IMG/VR virus record: IMGVR_UViG_3300049988_000286
Location: 128,001-192,000 of that record
From: a virus
Taxonomy: Duplodnaviria; Caudoviricetes
DNA: 64,000 bases
Reading direction: 5' to 3' (one strand)
Both the position numbers and the translations under genes were made by a program. The notes beneath the pieces are model-generated. The model made no database searches. It saw only the letters and a list, made by a program, of their open reading frames with translations, and was not told where the DNA came from. The number at the start of each line of letters is the position of its first letter. Positions within the stretch are counted from its first letter, which is position 1. Below are positions 55,375-64,000 of this stretch, piece by piece.

Positions 55375-55413
55375 CGGTTGAAATTACATCACCGACAACC
55401 CCGCCGCTATATT

Positions 55414-56286
55414 TCAATGATCGTGCTTTTTATCAGCCTCTGCCTTTGCCATCGCGGCGATCTGCGCGGCTGATTTGCGCCCGCGCTTCGCCGGTAGAGG
55501 CTTGGGTTCCACGACGCCGCTCTGTGCGAGTTCGTTCTCGATCTGGCGCGTGTGGCTCGGTGACATTCCCATATGGATCAGGAGGTCATCCCGGATATTC
55601 TGTGCCTTCTTCTCCAAGTTGATGACGCGCACGAAGCAGTGGGTCAGCGTTGTGGTAAAGAATGCGAAGGGGTTGTTAGACTTCGACTCGTCAAACTGTA
55701 GGCCCACCTGTGCGAGATGGGTCAGCGCCAGTCCCTTCATATCATCGCGGTAGCTGTAGTTACGGAAGTTGCTCTTGCCGCTATACTTATCGACCAGCAT
55801 GACGAACATCAGCCCAAGCCGTTCCGACATTCGTCCCTTCTCGATCGTGAACTCACCGGTCTCGAAATCACCACGCCAATGCGATCGGCCGACTTCGGTC
55901 CACACCTGTTCACCGTCCTCATCGAAGGACAGTAGATAGTGCTTGAAGGGAGGAAAGTTAGTGCGGGCGTGGCTCTGATTAGTGGCACGAGACTTGCGCT
56001 TACGATCGGGGTCAAGGGGGACGTGATCATAGGTCATTACCCGGAATACCAGTCCATCAGCAGTATGGGGCTCCTGATCGTCTTCCAGCTTCGAATTTAG
56101 CTTGGACAGAAGCTCAAGGAGGTAAATGTCGGTCACCGAAGCGAGGCTACTCACAATGGCGTCGTATTCCGAATATTCCGGATCGATAAAGGTGCAAAAG
56201 GTCTTTTTGCAACGAGCGATCTCGGCCAGCAATTCTTTATTGGACAGATACTTAATGGCGCGGGGGCGAGTTACGGTTTTGGTCAT
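55414..56286 (-). CDS. late transcription sigma factor (T4 gp55-like)
   Basis: YLSNKELLAEI, NFRNYSYRDDM, FDESKSNNPFAFFT match T4 gp55; gp55-gp47-gp46 order as in T4. Confidence 0.88.
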   Translation of the reverse strand: MTKTVTRPRAIKYLSNKELLAEIARCKKTFCTFIDPEYSEYDAIVSSLASVTDIYLLELLSKLNSKLEDDQEPHTADGLVFRVMTYDHVPLDPDRKRKSRATNQSHARTNFPPFKHYLLSFDEDGEQVWTEVGRSHWRGDFETGEFTIEKGRMSERLGLMFVMLVDKYSGKSNFRNYSYRDDMKGLALTHLAQVGLQFDESKSNNPFAFFTTTLTHCFVRVINLEKKAQNIRDDLLIHMGMSPSHTRQIENELAQSGVVEPKPLPAKRGRKSAAQIAAMAKAEADKKHDH

Positions 56287-56407
56287 CTAATCCTTTGCTA
56301 CACAAGGACGATGGCCTTGATTCCTCAATATAGCGTAGACCGAACTGTTGTTGCAATAAATACTACTATAATAGTCCCGCTAAATATTTGGCAATGAGGG
56401 AAAGATC

Positions 56408-57274
56408 ATGAACCTACTCAAGACTCCGGTGTTCACCGCCGCCACAGTGCCTTTCGTGCCCGACGACACTGCGGCTGTGCAGTCGTTCGACCCCCGCGAC
56501 TCGATGCTTGCCGCAGAGGGAATCGATGTGTCCAACTTCCATTCCACGGAGGACGAGCCCGATGAGATCGTGGTATCAGGCAAGCGCGATGGTGCGGTAG
56601 CGGCAGCGGATGCTCCGGTGGACAATCGTCTCCGTTTGTCGGCCCTGTCGGGGCGAGAGAACGATGTCTATGGTGCCTCGGATCGCAGTACCAACATCTT
56701 GACCCCCCTTCACCGCACCGGGGGGCTTCTCTTCCCCTACACGCCGTCAGTATCTGTGAACGGGGAGACTTCGTGGTCGAGCCACGATCTCGTTCACACC
56801 AACTACGACGTGCTCTCGTATCAGCGCACTGCCTCTGCGGTGATCGGCATCACTGGCAAGTTCACGGTGCAGAATCAGCGCGAGGGTGAATACGCACTGG
56901 CGGTTCTCCATTTTCTCCGCGTTGCGGGAAAGATGTATTACGGTGATTTCGATTCACAGCAGTATGACGCGAAGAACCGCGATACTACAAACACCTTGGC
57001 GGGTTTGCCCCCACCGGTGCTACGACTGCGCGGATACGGCACCTACATGTTCAATGATCTCAAGTGCGTGCTCAAATCCTACAGCTATTCCTTCGAGGAA
57101 GGAGCCGATCTCGTGACAATCAAGTCACCCACGGGTGGCACGGTGATGATCCCACCGATGTTCTCGATCACGCTCGGTATCGGTCTGCAACAGAACCCCT
57201 CCAAGGTCCGTAAGCAATTTGCCCTCAACCAGTTTCGCACTGGTGCACTGATGAAGAACGGAGGATGGTTCTAA
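56408..57274 (+). CDS. baseplate tail-tube cap/initiator (gp48/gp54-like)
   Basis: LFPYTPSV, GLPPPVLRLRGYG motifs; heads the baseplate cluster; two TAAATA upstream (56357, 56381). Confidence 0.7.
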   Translation: MNLLKTPVFTAATVPFVPDDTAAVQSFDPRDSMLAAEGIDVSNFHSTEDEPDEIVVSGKRDGAVAAADAPVDNRLRLSALSGRENDVYGASDRSTNILTPLHRTGGLLFPYTPSVSVNGETSWSSHDLVHTNYDVLSYQRTASAVIGITGKFTVQNQREGEYALAVLHFLRVAGKMYYGDFDSQQYDAKNRDTTNTLAGLPPPVLRLRGYGTYMFNDLKCVLKSYSYSFEEGADLVTIKSPTGGTVMIPPMFSITLGIGLQQNPSKVRKQFALNQFRTGALMKNGGWF

Positions 57275-57576
57275 TGCCTCGTATCACCTACCCGGCAAGC
57301 TCACCCTATGCGGCAACGCCGCAGAGTGCGTTCTCGATTGGTCGTTATCAGCATCGCAACATTCCGTCGAGTGATCAGGACAGCTTCTTCACAATAACAG
57401 AGAAGTACAATCTCCGTCCTGATCTTCTCGCCTATGATCTTTATGGCAATCCGAACTACTGGTGGGTATTCTGTTCACGGAATATCTCCCTGATCCGTGA
57501 TCCCATCTGGGATTTCACTACCGGAAAGGTGATCACGGTTCCTAGCAACACCCATTTGAAGGCGACCATCGGTTGA
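57274..57576 (+). CDS. baseplate wedge subunit (gp53-like, LysM-like)
   Basis: RPDLLAYDLYGNPNYWWVF. Confidence 0.85.
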   Translation: MPRITYPASSPYAATPQSAFSIGRYQHRNIPSSDQDSFFTITEKYNLRPDLLAYDLYGNPNYWWVFCSRNISLIRDPIWDFTTGKVITVPSNTHLKATIG

Positions 57577-60311
57577 CAACTCCTAAACGCCCCCCTGACG
57601 CCAAGCCTATCGCGCAGAACGATACTGGCTTGCGCGAAAAACTGATTAAGCCCGTGAACGGTCCTATCTCTTCCGGGTTTGGAGCGCGCGAGCGGCCCGG
57701 CGGCGTGGGATCAAAGGATCACAAAGGGATCGACTATGCGGTTCCTGCCGGGACGCCCGTCCATGCTGCGGCTTCGGGCACGGTAACATTCGCGGGAACA
57801 CGAGGCGGATATGGCAACTATGTCATCATTGATCACGCCGACAAGACGCAGACCGCTTACGCGCACTTGAGCGATATCGGTGTGCAAGTCGGCACGCGTG
57901 TCGCTGCCGGTGAGGAGATCGGGAAGTCCGGTGGTGTCAAGGGCGCGGCCGGTTCGGGTAATTCACAGGGCGCTCACCTCCACTTCGAGGTGGCGAAGAA
58001 TGGCGTCAAGGTCAATCCCAAGACGGTCACCGATGTCGCGAAGACCGACAAGGCCGCAGAAGCGAAGCAGACTGCTAACGATGCCGAATTGTCTCGTCAG
58101 CAGATCGTAATCAATCAGGATCAGGATGCCATCATTGAGAAGCTGATCTCGGGCGATCACTTCAAGGAAAATGCCGCTAACACCTATGACAATCTCACCT
58201 ATCATTGGCGGCTCTACATGACCGCCGACAGTGAGGTTACGTCAGCGGCGACAACGACAGCCGAGTCCACCATCCAGAAGTTCTACGAGGAGTTGAACAG
58301 CTTCACGCAAGTCACGATCGCAGAGACGGGTGTGACCACCTACTCGATCGATGAAGTCACCATGGAAGCCGCTGTCGGAACAGAGTTCCGGACAGAAAGC
58401 ACTCTGTTCACCTCGATGGAGATGAAGATCACCGAGCCTAACGGTGTCAACTTCCTAGATGCTCTTCGCTCTGCGGGTATTCGAACCGGTACGCGTAACT
58501 ACATGAAGACGTTCTACTATCTCGAACTATCCTTCAAGAGCTACAACCTCGATGGCACCATGAACCTCGCCCCGTTTGCCGATCTCCCCAACGGGGGCAA
58601 GTGGGTGTGGACCGTGCAGATCACCAACATCGATGTAGCCCTCGACGCCGGTGGGGGCAGCTACACCTTGCAGATGATCCCGCTCACGGACTCGCTCCTG
58701 ACCGGAAGCTACAATCTCATCCCGTCGAGCATCCACGTCAACGGCGGAACCGTGGGTGAGTTCTTTGACGATCTCTGCTCTCGCCTCAACAACGTCTGGT
58801 CGCGCTTCAAGGGCGGACCCGGTATTATCAAATACAAACCAGCATTCCATCCTGTCAAGGATGTGATGACCGCTGAACAGGTCAGAGCCTTGCCGGTCAT
58901 CCCCAAGGATCAAGACTTCAATTCCGAGCGCGACATCGCCTTCGATGCTAACAAGACTGGTCACATCGCGCAGGGGTTTACAATCTCGCGCGTGCTCGAC
59001 TCCCTGATGTCATCGTGCGAGGAAGCGCAGAAACTCGCTATGGACAGCCTTACACCCGGCTCCGTGGATGGCGAGAAGGCGAAGGCGCGAGGCTACCGCC
59101 AGTCGATCATTTGGCGCATCGAGCCAGAGGTCAAGCTGCCTAACTACGATCCGATCTTCAACGAATACTACCAAGACATCACGCTGCACATCTATGGCTT
59201 TCGCCACCATACTGCCGTGCTGTCGCCGCAGGATACAACGAGCGATGAGGCGGCGCAGAAGGCAATCTTGACCGAGATGGTGACGCGTAACTTCCTGCTG
59301 AAGAAGTACGACTATCTTTTCACCGGCCAGAACCAAGAGGTGCTCGATCTTGACCTCAATTTCAACCTTGCATGGCAGGCATATTTGCCGCGCCTTGTTG
59401 AAGCGAATCAAGATCAAGTAGCCACGCACGCGAAGGCGAACCCCAATACGCCCACCACCGATGCGGAGAAGAAGCGCGCAGAGGATGAGCGCAAGAAGAA
59501 CGATCCGCAATCGATCGGTTCTGCACAGGGCGAGAGCGCGCAAACCGCCAACTCCTTGTACGAACAGGTCAGGGCTTTGGAAGCGACGAACCCGCGTTCA
59601 GAGGAAGACGAGAAGAAATTGCAGGAATTGCGCGTCAAATACAAGGAGGCGATTGCCGCCAACGACGCGCAGTCTCGGATCACCAGTGCCAAGCGGGCGG
59701 AGAAACAAGCAGAGCGACCCGCACAGACACCGGGTCGGGATTTTCAGCGTGAATACGCGGACGATTTCGCATTCGAGTACCGCAAGCTTTCCGATCAGCA
59801 GAAGAAGGAAGCCTTCCCGATCACGATTCAGACCTACGACCCCGCCGACAACTCGGGCCTTTCGGGCCAATACCATGCGGGTAAGTCACTCTACGGCGCA
59901 GTCTTGAATCAGGCCTATGGCCCATTGGCGACGCAATTCTTCCGCATCTCCATGACAGTCATCGGCGATCCTTTCTGGATTGGACCGGGATCGTTCGAGC
60001 AAGCCATTGCACGCAAGTCCGAGACGTTCAGTGGTTCCTATCCCAACCATTCCGAGGGCGCGAACGCGTTCCTGTTCCGGATGCGCTATCCCTTGGGTCA
60101 GGACGACAATGGCGACATTGTTCTAAACACCAACGAGACGGTGACGGGTGTTTATCAGGTCAACAAAATCACGCACAAGTTTATCGATGGTAAATTTACG
60201 CAAGTCCTGCAAGCTAACCGCATACCGATCGTCGATCTCTACACCAGTTTGTATAAATCGATTTATCCCGACACGGAAAATAATCCCAATGACAATAACG
60301 GGGGCGGCTGA
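57573..60311 (+). CDS. baseplate hub protein with N-terminal M23 peptidase
   Basis: HKGIDY, YAHL, HLHFEV; hub-type IGDPFW and GVYQVNKITHKF. Confidence 0.8.
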   Translation: MTTPKRPPDAKPIAQNDTGLREKLIKPVNGPISSGFGARERPGGVGSKDHKGIDYAVPAGTPVHAAASGTVTFAGTRGGYGNYVIIDHADKTQTAYAHLSDIGVQVGTRVAAGEEIGKSGGVKGAAGSGNSQGAHLHFEVAKNGVKVNPKTVTDVAKTDKAAEAKQTANDAELSRQQIVINQDQDAIIEKLISGDHFKENAANTYDNLTYHWRLYMTADSEVTSAATTTAESTIQKFYEELNSFTQVTIAETGVTTYSIDEVTMEAAVGTEFRTESTLFTSMEMKITEPNGVNFLDALRSAGIRTGTRNYMKTFYYLELSFKSYNLDGTMNLAPFADLPNGGKWVWTVQITNIDVALDAGGGSYTLQMIPLTDSLLTGSYNLIPSSIHVNGGTVGEFFDDLCSRLNNVWSRFKGGPGIIKYKPAFHPVKDVMTAEQVRALPVIPKDQDFNSERDIAFDANKTGHIAQGFTISRVLDSLMSSCEEAQKLAMDSLTPGSVDGEKAKARGYRQSIIWRIEPEVKLPNYDPIFNEYYQDITLHIYGFRHHTAVLSPQDTTSDEAAQKAILTEMVTRNFLLKKYDYLFTGQNQEVLDLDLNFNLAWQAYLPRLVEANQDQVATHAKANPNTPTTDAEKKRAEDERKKNDPQSIGSAQGESAQTANSLYEQVRALEATNPRSEEDEKKLQELRVKYKEAIAANDAQSRITSAKRAEKQAERPAQTPGRDFQREYADDFAFEYRKLSDQQKKEAFPITIQTYDPADNSGLSGQYHAGKSLYGAVLNQAYGPLATQFFRISMTVIGDPFWIGPGSFEQAIARKSETFSGSYPNHSEGANAFLFRMRYPLGQDDNGDIVLNTNETVTGVYQVNKITHKFIDGKFTQVLQANRIPIVDLYTSLYKSIYPDTENNPNDNNGGG

Positions 60312-62275
60312 TGACTACCATTAACACAGGGCGTAAGCGCACGCGCGCGCAGCGTGGTATCGATGATTTGCGGGCATCGAGCAACATCCATCTCGCATTC
60401 GTGAAGAACACCGCTGATCCCCAGCGCATGGGTCGTTTGCAGGTCTGGATTCCTGAACTCGGTCCCGACGATCCCGCTACGTGGATCACCGTCTCCTATG
60501 CGGCTCCCTTTGCGGGTGCGTCGCCGGTCACGGACAATGTGGTGGATGATCGCTCGGAGGCGGGTTCACAGTCCAGCTACGGGATTTGGGCCACTCACGT
60601 CGATGTGGGCAATCAGGTGTTGGTCTGCTTCGTCAATGGCGATGCTGCACGAGGTTATTGGTTCGGATCGGTCTATGCCCAGAACATGAACCACATGGTG
60701 CCCGGCGTGGGGATGAACGTCTCCACTGATCCGCAACTCAACGAGGCATTTGCGCCCTATAGTCCGCCGGTGGCCGAGTACAACAAGAAGGACACATCGA
60801 TCAATCCCGCGAGCCCCGTCCGGCCCGCCGCCTCCGCTCTTGCGACCGCATTGCTCGCTCAAGGTCTCTCGCACGATCAGGAACGCGGCGTCTCCAATAC
60901 CTCGGCGCGGCGCGAAGATACCTCGCGGGTGCAGGGTTGGCTCACCCCCGGTGGCAATTCGATCAGCTTCGACGATGATCCCGCCAACGCCTTTATTCGG
61001 TTCCGTACCAAGCACGGCGCGCAAATCATGATTTCCGACACGTCGGGCTACATCTACGCTATCACAAAAGAGGGAAAGTCTTGGGTTGAGATTTCCGATG
61101 GTGCGGTGGAGATTTACAGTAGCGCACCGGTGTCGATCCGGTCGGAAGACGACGTGAATATCCAAGCCGACAAAGACTTGAACCTCGATGCGCGCGGAGA
61201 TATCAATCTCAATGCCGGAGGTGCTATCCGGGCTCATAGCGGAGGTGCGACCGAGATCGCCGCTGGCGGTGCTCTCAACACTCAAGCGGGCGGCAACGCT
61301 TCGCATAGTGCGGGAGGTAGTCTCGCACTTGGTGGCGGCGGCGCGGTGGGAATTTCCGCTGGTGGCGCGCTGGTCTCCGAAAGCGGCGGGGCGAACGTTC
61401 GCAATGGTTCGGAGATACTTGACAACTCCGGTGGAGGCAGCGCCGTCGCCCCGGCGGAGGCAAGCTTCAAGGAAGCATCGTCAATCGGTGACAGCACGGG
61501 TCGGGCTACCATCTGCTCACGCTCTCCCGCGCATGAACCGTATCACCATCCCATCAACGCCACCGTCTCAACTGCGCCAGCGGGAAGCGGCGCTGGTGCG
61601 GGAGGCGCTGGCACGATCAAACGCGCGGACGGCACGCTCGTGCAAGGCGTCACCGAGCCTGACAATACACCGGTCCAGAAGATCGGTGGGTATAAGGTCA
61701 GCGATCGTGTCAACGGCTGTATCTATCAGGCGAGCCGCCGCACCGGTGTTCCCTACACCACGATGATGGCCATGGCGGCAGCGGAAAGCAGTTTCAACCC
61801 TAATGCGGGTGCGTCGAGTTCATCAGCGAAGGGCTTGTATCAGTTCGTTGGCGGAACATGGGACACCATGCAGAAGCGCTACGGGCCGAATGGTACCGTG
61901 GTGAAGAACCCCGGCGTCTCGACGAACATCTTCGATCCCTGCGGGAACGCGTTGATGGGAGCCTACTACATCAAGGAGAACGCTGCGGCATTGTCGGCAG
62001 CCGGGTTGGGAACGAGCCCGACAGAACTCTACTGCTGCCATTTCCTCGGCACCGGTGGCGGTCGTCGCTTCCTGCGTGCCGTCAAGGCGAACCCCAATGC
62101 ATTGTCGAACCAGTCCGTTGACGGACGTGCGTTCCGGGCCAATCGGAGCATCTTTGTGAAGCAGAATGGTCAGACGCGCACCAATCAGGAAGTCTACAAC
62201 ATCCTTCATGCGAAGACGGGCGCGACAGTGCCCCAGTGGGCGGCTTATCAGAAGTCTCACAGCACTAATAAATAA
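60311..62275 (+). CDS. baseplate spike (gp5-like): OB fold, Gly-rich beta-helix, C-terminal lytic transglycosylase
   Basis: DPQRMGRLQVWIP, VGNQVLVCFVNGD; AESSFNP, AKGLYQF..TW, Y..HFLG.GG. Confidence 0.85.
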   Translation: MTTINTGRKRTRAQRGIDDLRASSNIHLAFVKNTADPQRMGRLQVWIPELGPDDPATWITVSYAAPFAGASPVTDNVVDDRSEAGSQSSYGIWATHVDVGNQVLVCFVNGDAARGYWFGSVYAQNMNHMVPGVGMNVSTDPQLNEAFAPYSPPVAEYNKKDTSINPASPVRPAASALATALLAQGLSHDQERGVSNTSARREDTSRVQGWLTPGGNSISFDDDPANAFIRFRTKHGAQIMISDTSGYIYAITKEGKSWVEISDGAVEIYSSAPVSIRSEDDVNIQADKDLNLDARGDINLNAGGAIRAHSGGATEIAAGGALNTQAGGNASHSAGGSLALGGGGAVGISAGGALVSESGGANVRNGSEILDNSGGGSAVAPAEASFKEASSIGDSTGRATICSRSPAHEPYHHPINATVSTAPAGSGAGAGGAGTIKRADGTLVQGVTEPDNTPVQKIGGYKVSDRVNGCIYQASRRTGVPYTTMMAMAAAESSFNPNAGASSSSAKGLYQFVGGTWDTMQKRYGPNGTVVKNPGVSTNIFDPCGNALMGAYYIKENAAALSAAGLGTSPTELYCCHFLGTGGGRRFLRAVKANPNALSNQSVDGRAFRANRSIFVKQNGQTRTNQEVYNILHAKTGATVPQWAAYQKSHSTNK

Positions 62276-62278
62276 CTG

Positions 62279-62647
62279 ATGACGGATAGAACATTTGTAG
62301 GCTTCTCGACTGTGGGTGCGAGTGATTCGAGGTCTTGGGCCTTGTATGACCGCGATCTCATCAAACAGGATTTGAGAAACCATTTTCACACTCGCAAGGG
62401 CGAGCGGCGGATGCGACCCACCTATGGGTGTTCGATCTGGGACTACATCGGTGAACAGATGTCTGCTGATATCAACGAATCTATTCGTCTCGAAGCCGAG
62501 CGTATTGTAGAGTTGGATACCCGGCTAGAGGCTGAAAACATTTATGTCGATGCTAAGGATCACACGATCGTGCTCGTGATGGACCTCATCTATCGGCTCG
62601 ACGGAACAGCAGAGCGGTTCAAGATTATCTTTGATGCTCGTCAGTAA
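62279..62647 (+). CDS. baseplate wedge subunit (gp25-like)
   Basis: TRKGERRMRPTYGC, DTRL; TAAATA-actg-ATG. Confidence 0.88.
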   Translation: MTDRTFVGFSTVGASDSRSWALYDRDLIKQDLRNHFHTRKGERRMRPTYGCSIWDYIGEQMSADINESIRLEAERIVELDTRLEAENIYVDAKDHTIVLVMDLIYRLDGTAERFKIIFDARQ

Positions 62648-62662
62648 TATTGAGAGGAAGTA

Positions 62663-64000
62663 ATGCAGAACAATCGGCAATCAGAGCTATTCTTGAGCAA
62701 GGACTGGCTTGTCCTCTATCAGGCATTCACGCAGGTAAACTTCAACGCCAGCGACCCTAACTCGATCAATCAGTCACTGCGCGATTATATCGCAGTCAAC
62801 TATCCCGAGGATTTCAACGACTGGATCGAGTCGAGCGAATTCGTTGCGATCATCGATCTCCTCTCGTGGCTCGCGGGTACCCTTGCGTTCAAGATGGACA
62901 TCAACTCGCGCGAGAACTTCCTCGAAACCGCAGAAGCACGCGAGTCGGTGCTTCGGCTTGCGCGTTTCCTCTCCTACAACCCTCGCCGCAACCGCCCCGC
63001 CACCGGTATGGTGAAGCTGGTCGAGGTATCGACCGATGATGACATCCGCGATTCCACGGGCACCAACCTCGCAGGGGTGAAGGTTCAGTGGAACAACGCT
63101 GACGATCCCGATTGGTTTGAACGCTTCACCACGGTGATGTCGTCGGCATTCACGAACACCAACCCGTTCGGCACCCCGTTGAAGACTGGCCTCCTGACTG
63201 GCATCCCCACCCAGCTTTACCGCGTCAACTGTCTGATGGGGGCGAACAACTTCGCCTTCTCGACGAGCGTAGGCGGCGAGGGGATGGACTTTGAACTCTG
63301 CAACGGAGACTTCAACGATCTCGGTAGCTTCAACGAGCGTGCCCCCGATGCGAGCGCGGCGTTCAACCTCTTCTATCGCAACGATGGTAATGGGAACAAC
63401 TCTGCCCGCACCGGCTTCTTCATGCTCTTCAAACAGGGATCAACGGTTCGTCAGACTTTCCGCATCGATACGCCGGTTGAGAACCAGTTGCTCGATCTCG
63501 ATGTCGGTGGTGTGAACGAGAACGACGTGTGGGTGCAGACCGTGGATGAGAACAGCCAAGTCCTCATCGACTGGACCAAGGTTCCCGCGATCTTCTCCGA
63601 AAACATCACCTACAACAACGTCAACGCTGACAATCGCAACATCTTCTCTGTGTTGACGCGTGATCAGGATCGTGTCTCGATCCGCTTCTCCGATGGTATC
63701 TTTGGAACCGCGCCGGTGGGCAACATCATGGTCTCGCACCGCGTGTCCAACGGTCGCCAATATCAGGTTCGTCCGACCGATATCAACCGCATTACCCAAT
63801 CGATCCGCTACTTCAATCGCGCGGGCATCTTGCGCACCCTCAAGCTGACCTTCAGTTTGCAGGAGCCGGTCCTCAACGCAGCGCCGCGTGAGACCGACGA
63901 GCAAATTCGCCAGCGCGCTCCCGGCACCTATGCGGCCCAGAACCGCATGGTATCGGGCGAGGATTATAATAGCTTTCCGCTGTCGTCGAACCTCGCCACC
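62663..64000 (+). CDS. baseplate wedge subunit (gp6-like), 3' truncated by window edge
   Basis: Read manually from ATG 62663: NYPEDFNDWIESSEF, ENFLETAEARESVLRLARFLSYNP; frame appears open to the end. Confidence 0.88.
   Translation, partial: MQNNRQSELFLSKDWLVLYQAFTQVNFNASDPNSINQSLRDYIAVNYPEDFNDWIESSEFVAIIDLLSWLAGTLAFKMDINSRENFLETAEARESVLRLARFLSYNPRRNRPATGMVKLVEVSTDDDIRDSTGTNLAGVKVQWNNADDPDWFERFTTVMSSAFTNTNPFGTPLKTGLLTGIPTQLYRVNCLMGANNFAFSTSVGGEGMDFELCNGDFNDLGSFNERAPDASAAFNLFYRNDGNGNNSARTGFFMLFKQGSTVRQTFRIDTPVENQLLDLDVGGVNENDVWVQTVDENSQVLIDWTKVPAIFSENITYNNVNADNRNIFSVLTRDQDRVSIRFSDGIFGTAPVGNIMVSHRVSNGRQYQVRPTDINRITQSIRYFNRAGILRTLKLTFSLQEPVLNAAPRETDEQIRQRAPGTYAAQNRMVSGEDYNSFPLSSNLAT

Noticed and set aside
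61190-61620. Gly/Ala-rich quasi-repeats in gp5
   Set aside because: Explained by the spike beta-helix and linker; not a DNA repeat element.
1-64000. CRISPR array, tRNA/rRNA genes, IS/transposase, integrase, introns or inteins
   Set aside because: No regular repeat-spacer pattern, cloverleaf or diagnostic motif seen by eye, and intergenic gaps are short. tRNAscan-SE and Infernal were not run.
51887-64000. PhiKZ-like nucleus-forming jumbo phage or a bacterial contractile injection system
   Set aside because: gp55, gp47/gp46 and T4-type baseplate genes indicate a T4-like phage using host RNAP. No chimallin, tubulin or multisubunit RNAP is visible in this window.

Overview
The window is a densely coding segment of a large T4-like myovirus, probably a jumbo phage of an alphaproteobacterium. 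The host is inferred from an alpha-type Prs, a class I LysRS and a MucR-like protein. The right end holds a T4-type core block: gp46/gp47 (Rad50/Mre11), the gp55 late sigma factor, and baseplate genes (gp48-like, gp53, hub with M23 peptidase, gp5 with a lytic transglycosylase, gp25, and a gp6 truncated by the window edge). The remaining ~51 kb is accessory. It includes a nucleotide/cofactor set (Prs, Nampt, NadM-Nudix, CoaD, Adk, 5'(3')-nucleotidase, MazG fusion, second Nudix, macrodomain), class I lysyl-tRNA synthetase, YqeY, three orphan DNA methyltransferases, a GIY-YIG homing endonuclease, a putative YafQ-like toxin pair and many hypothetical ORFs. Strongest leads: (1) a MucR/Ros N-terminal-only protein that could be a decoy against the host silencer; (2) a dispersed but complete NAD+ rebuilding loop whose two core genes share a covarying RNA hairpin; (3) a set of TAAATA-driven, apparently leaderless late genes with T4 capsid-targeting-like N-termini encoding ART-like, GNAT-like and zincin enzymes; (4) a wHTH / Z1-like helicase / methyltransferase-fold operon; (5) a PLP-enzyme / gluzincin operon. 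No tRNA, rRNA, CRISPR array or IS element was recognised. All assignments come from reading motifs by eye; no searches were run.
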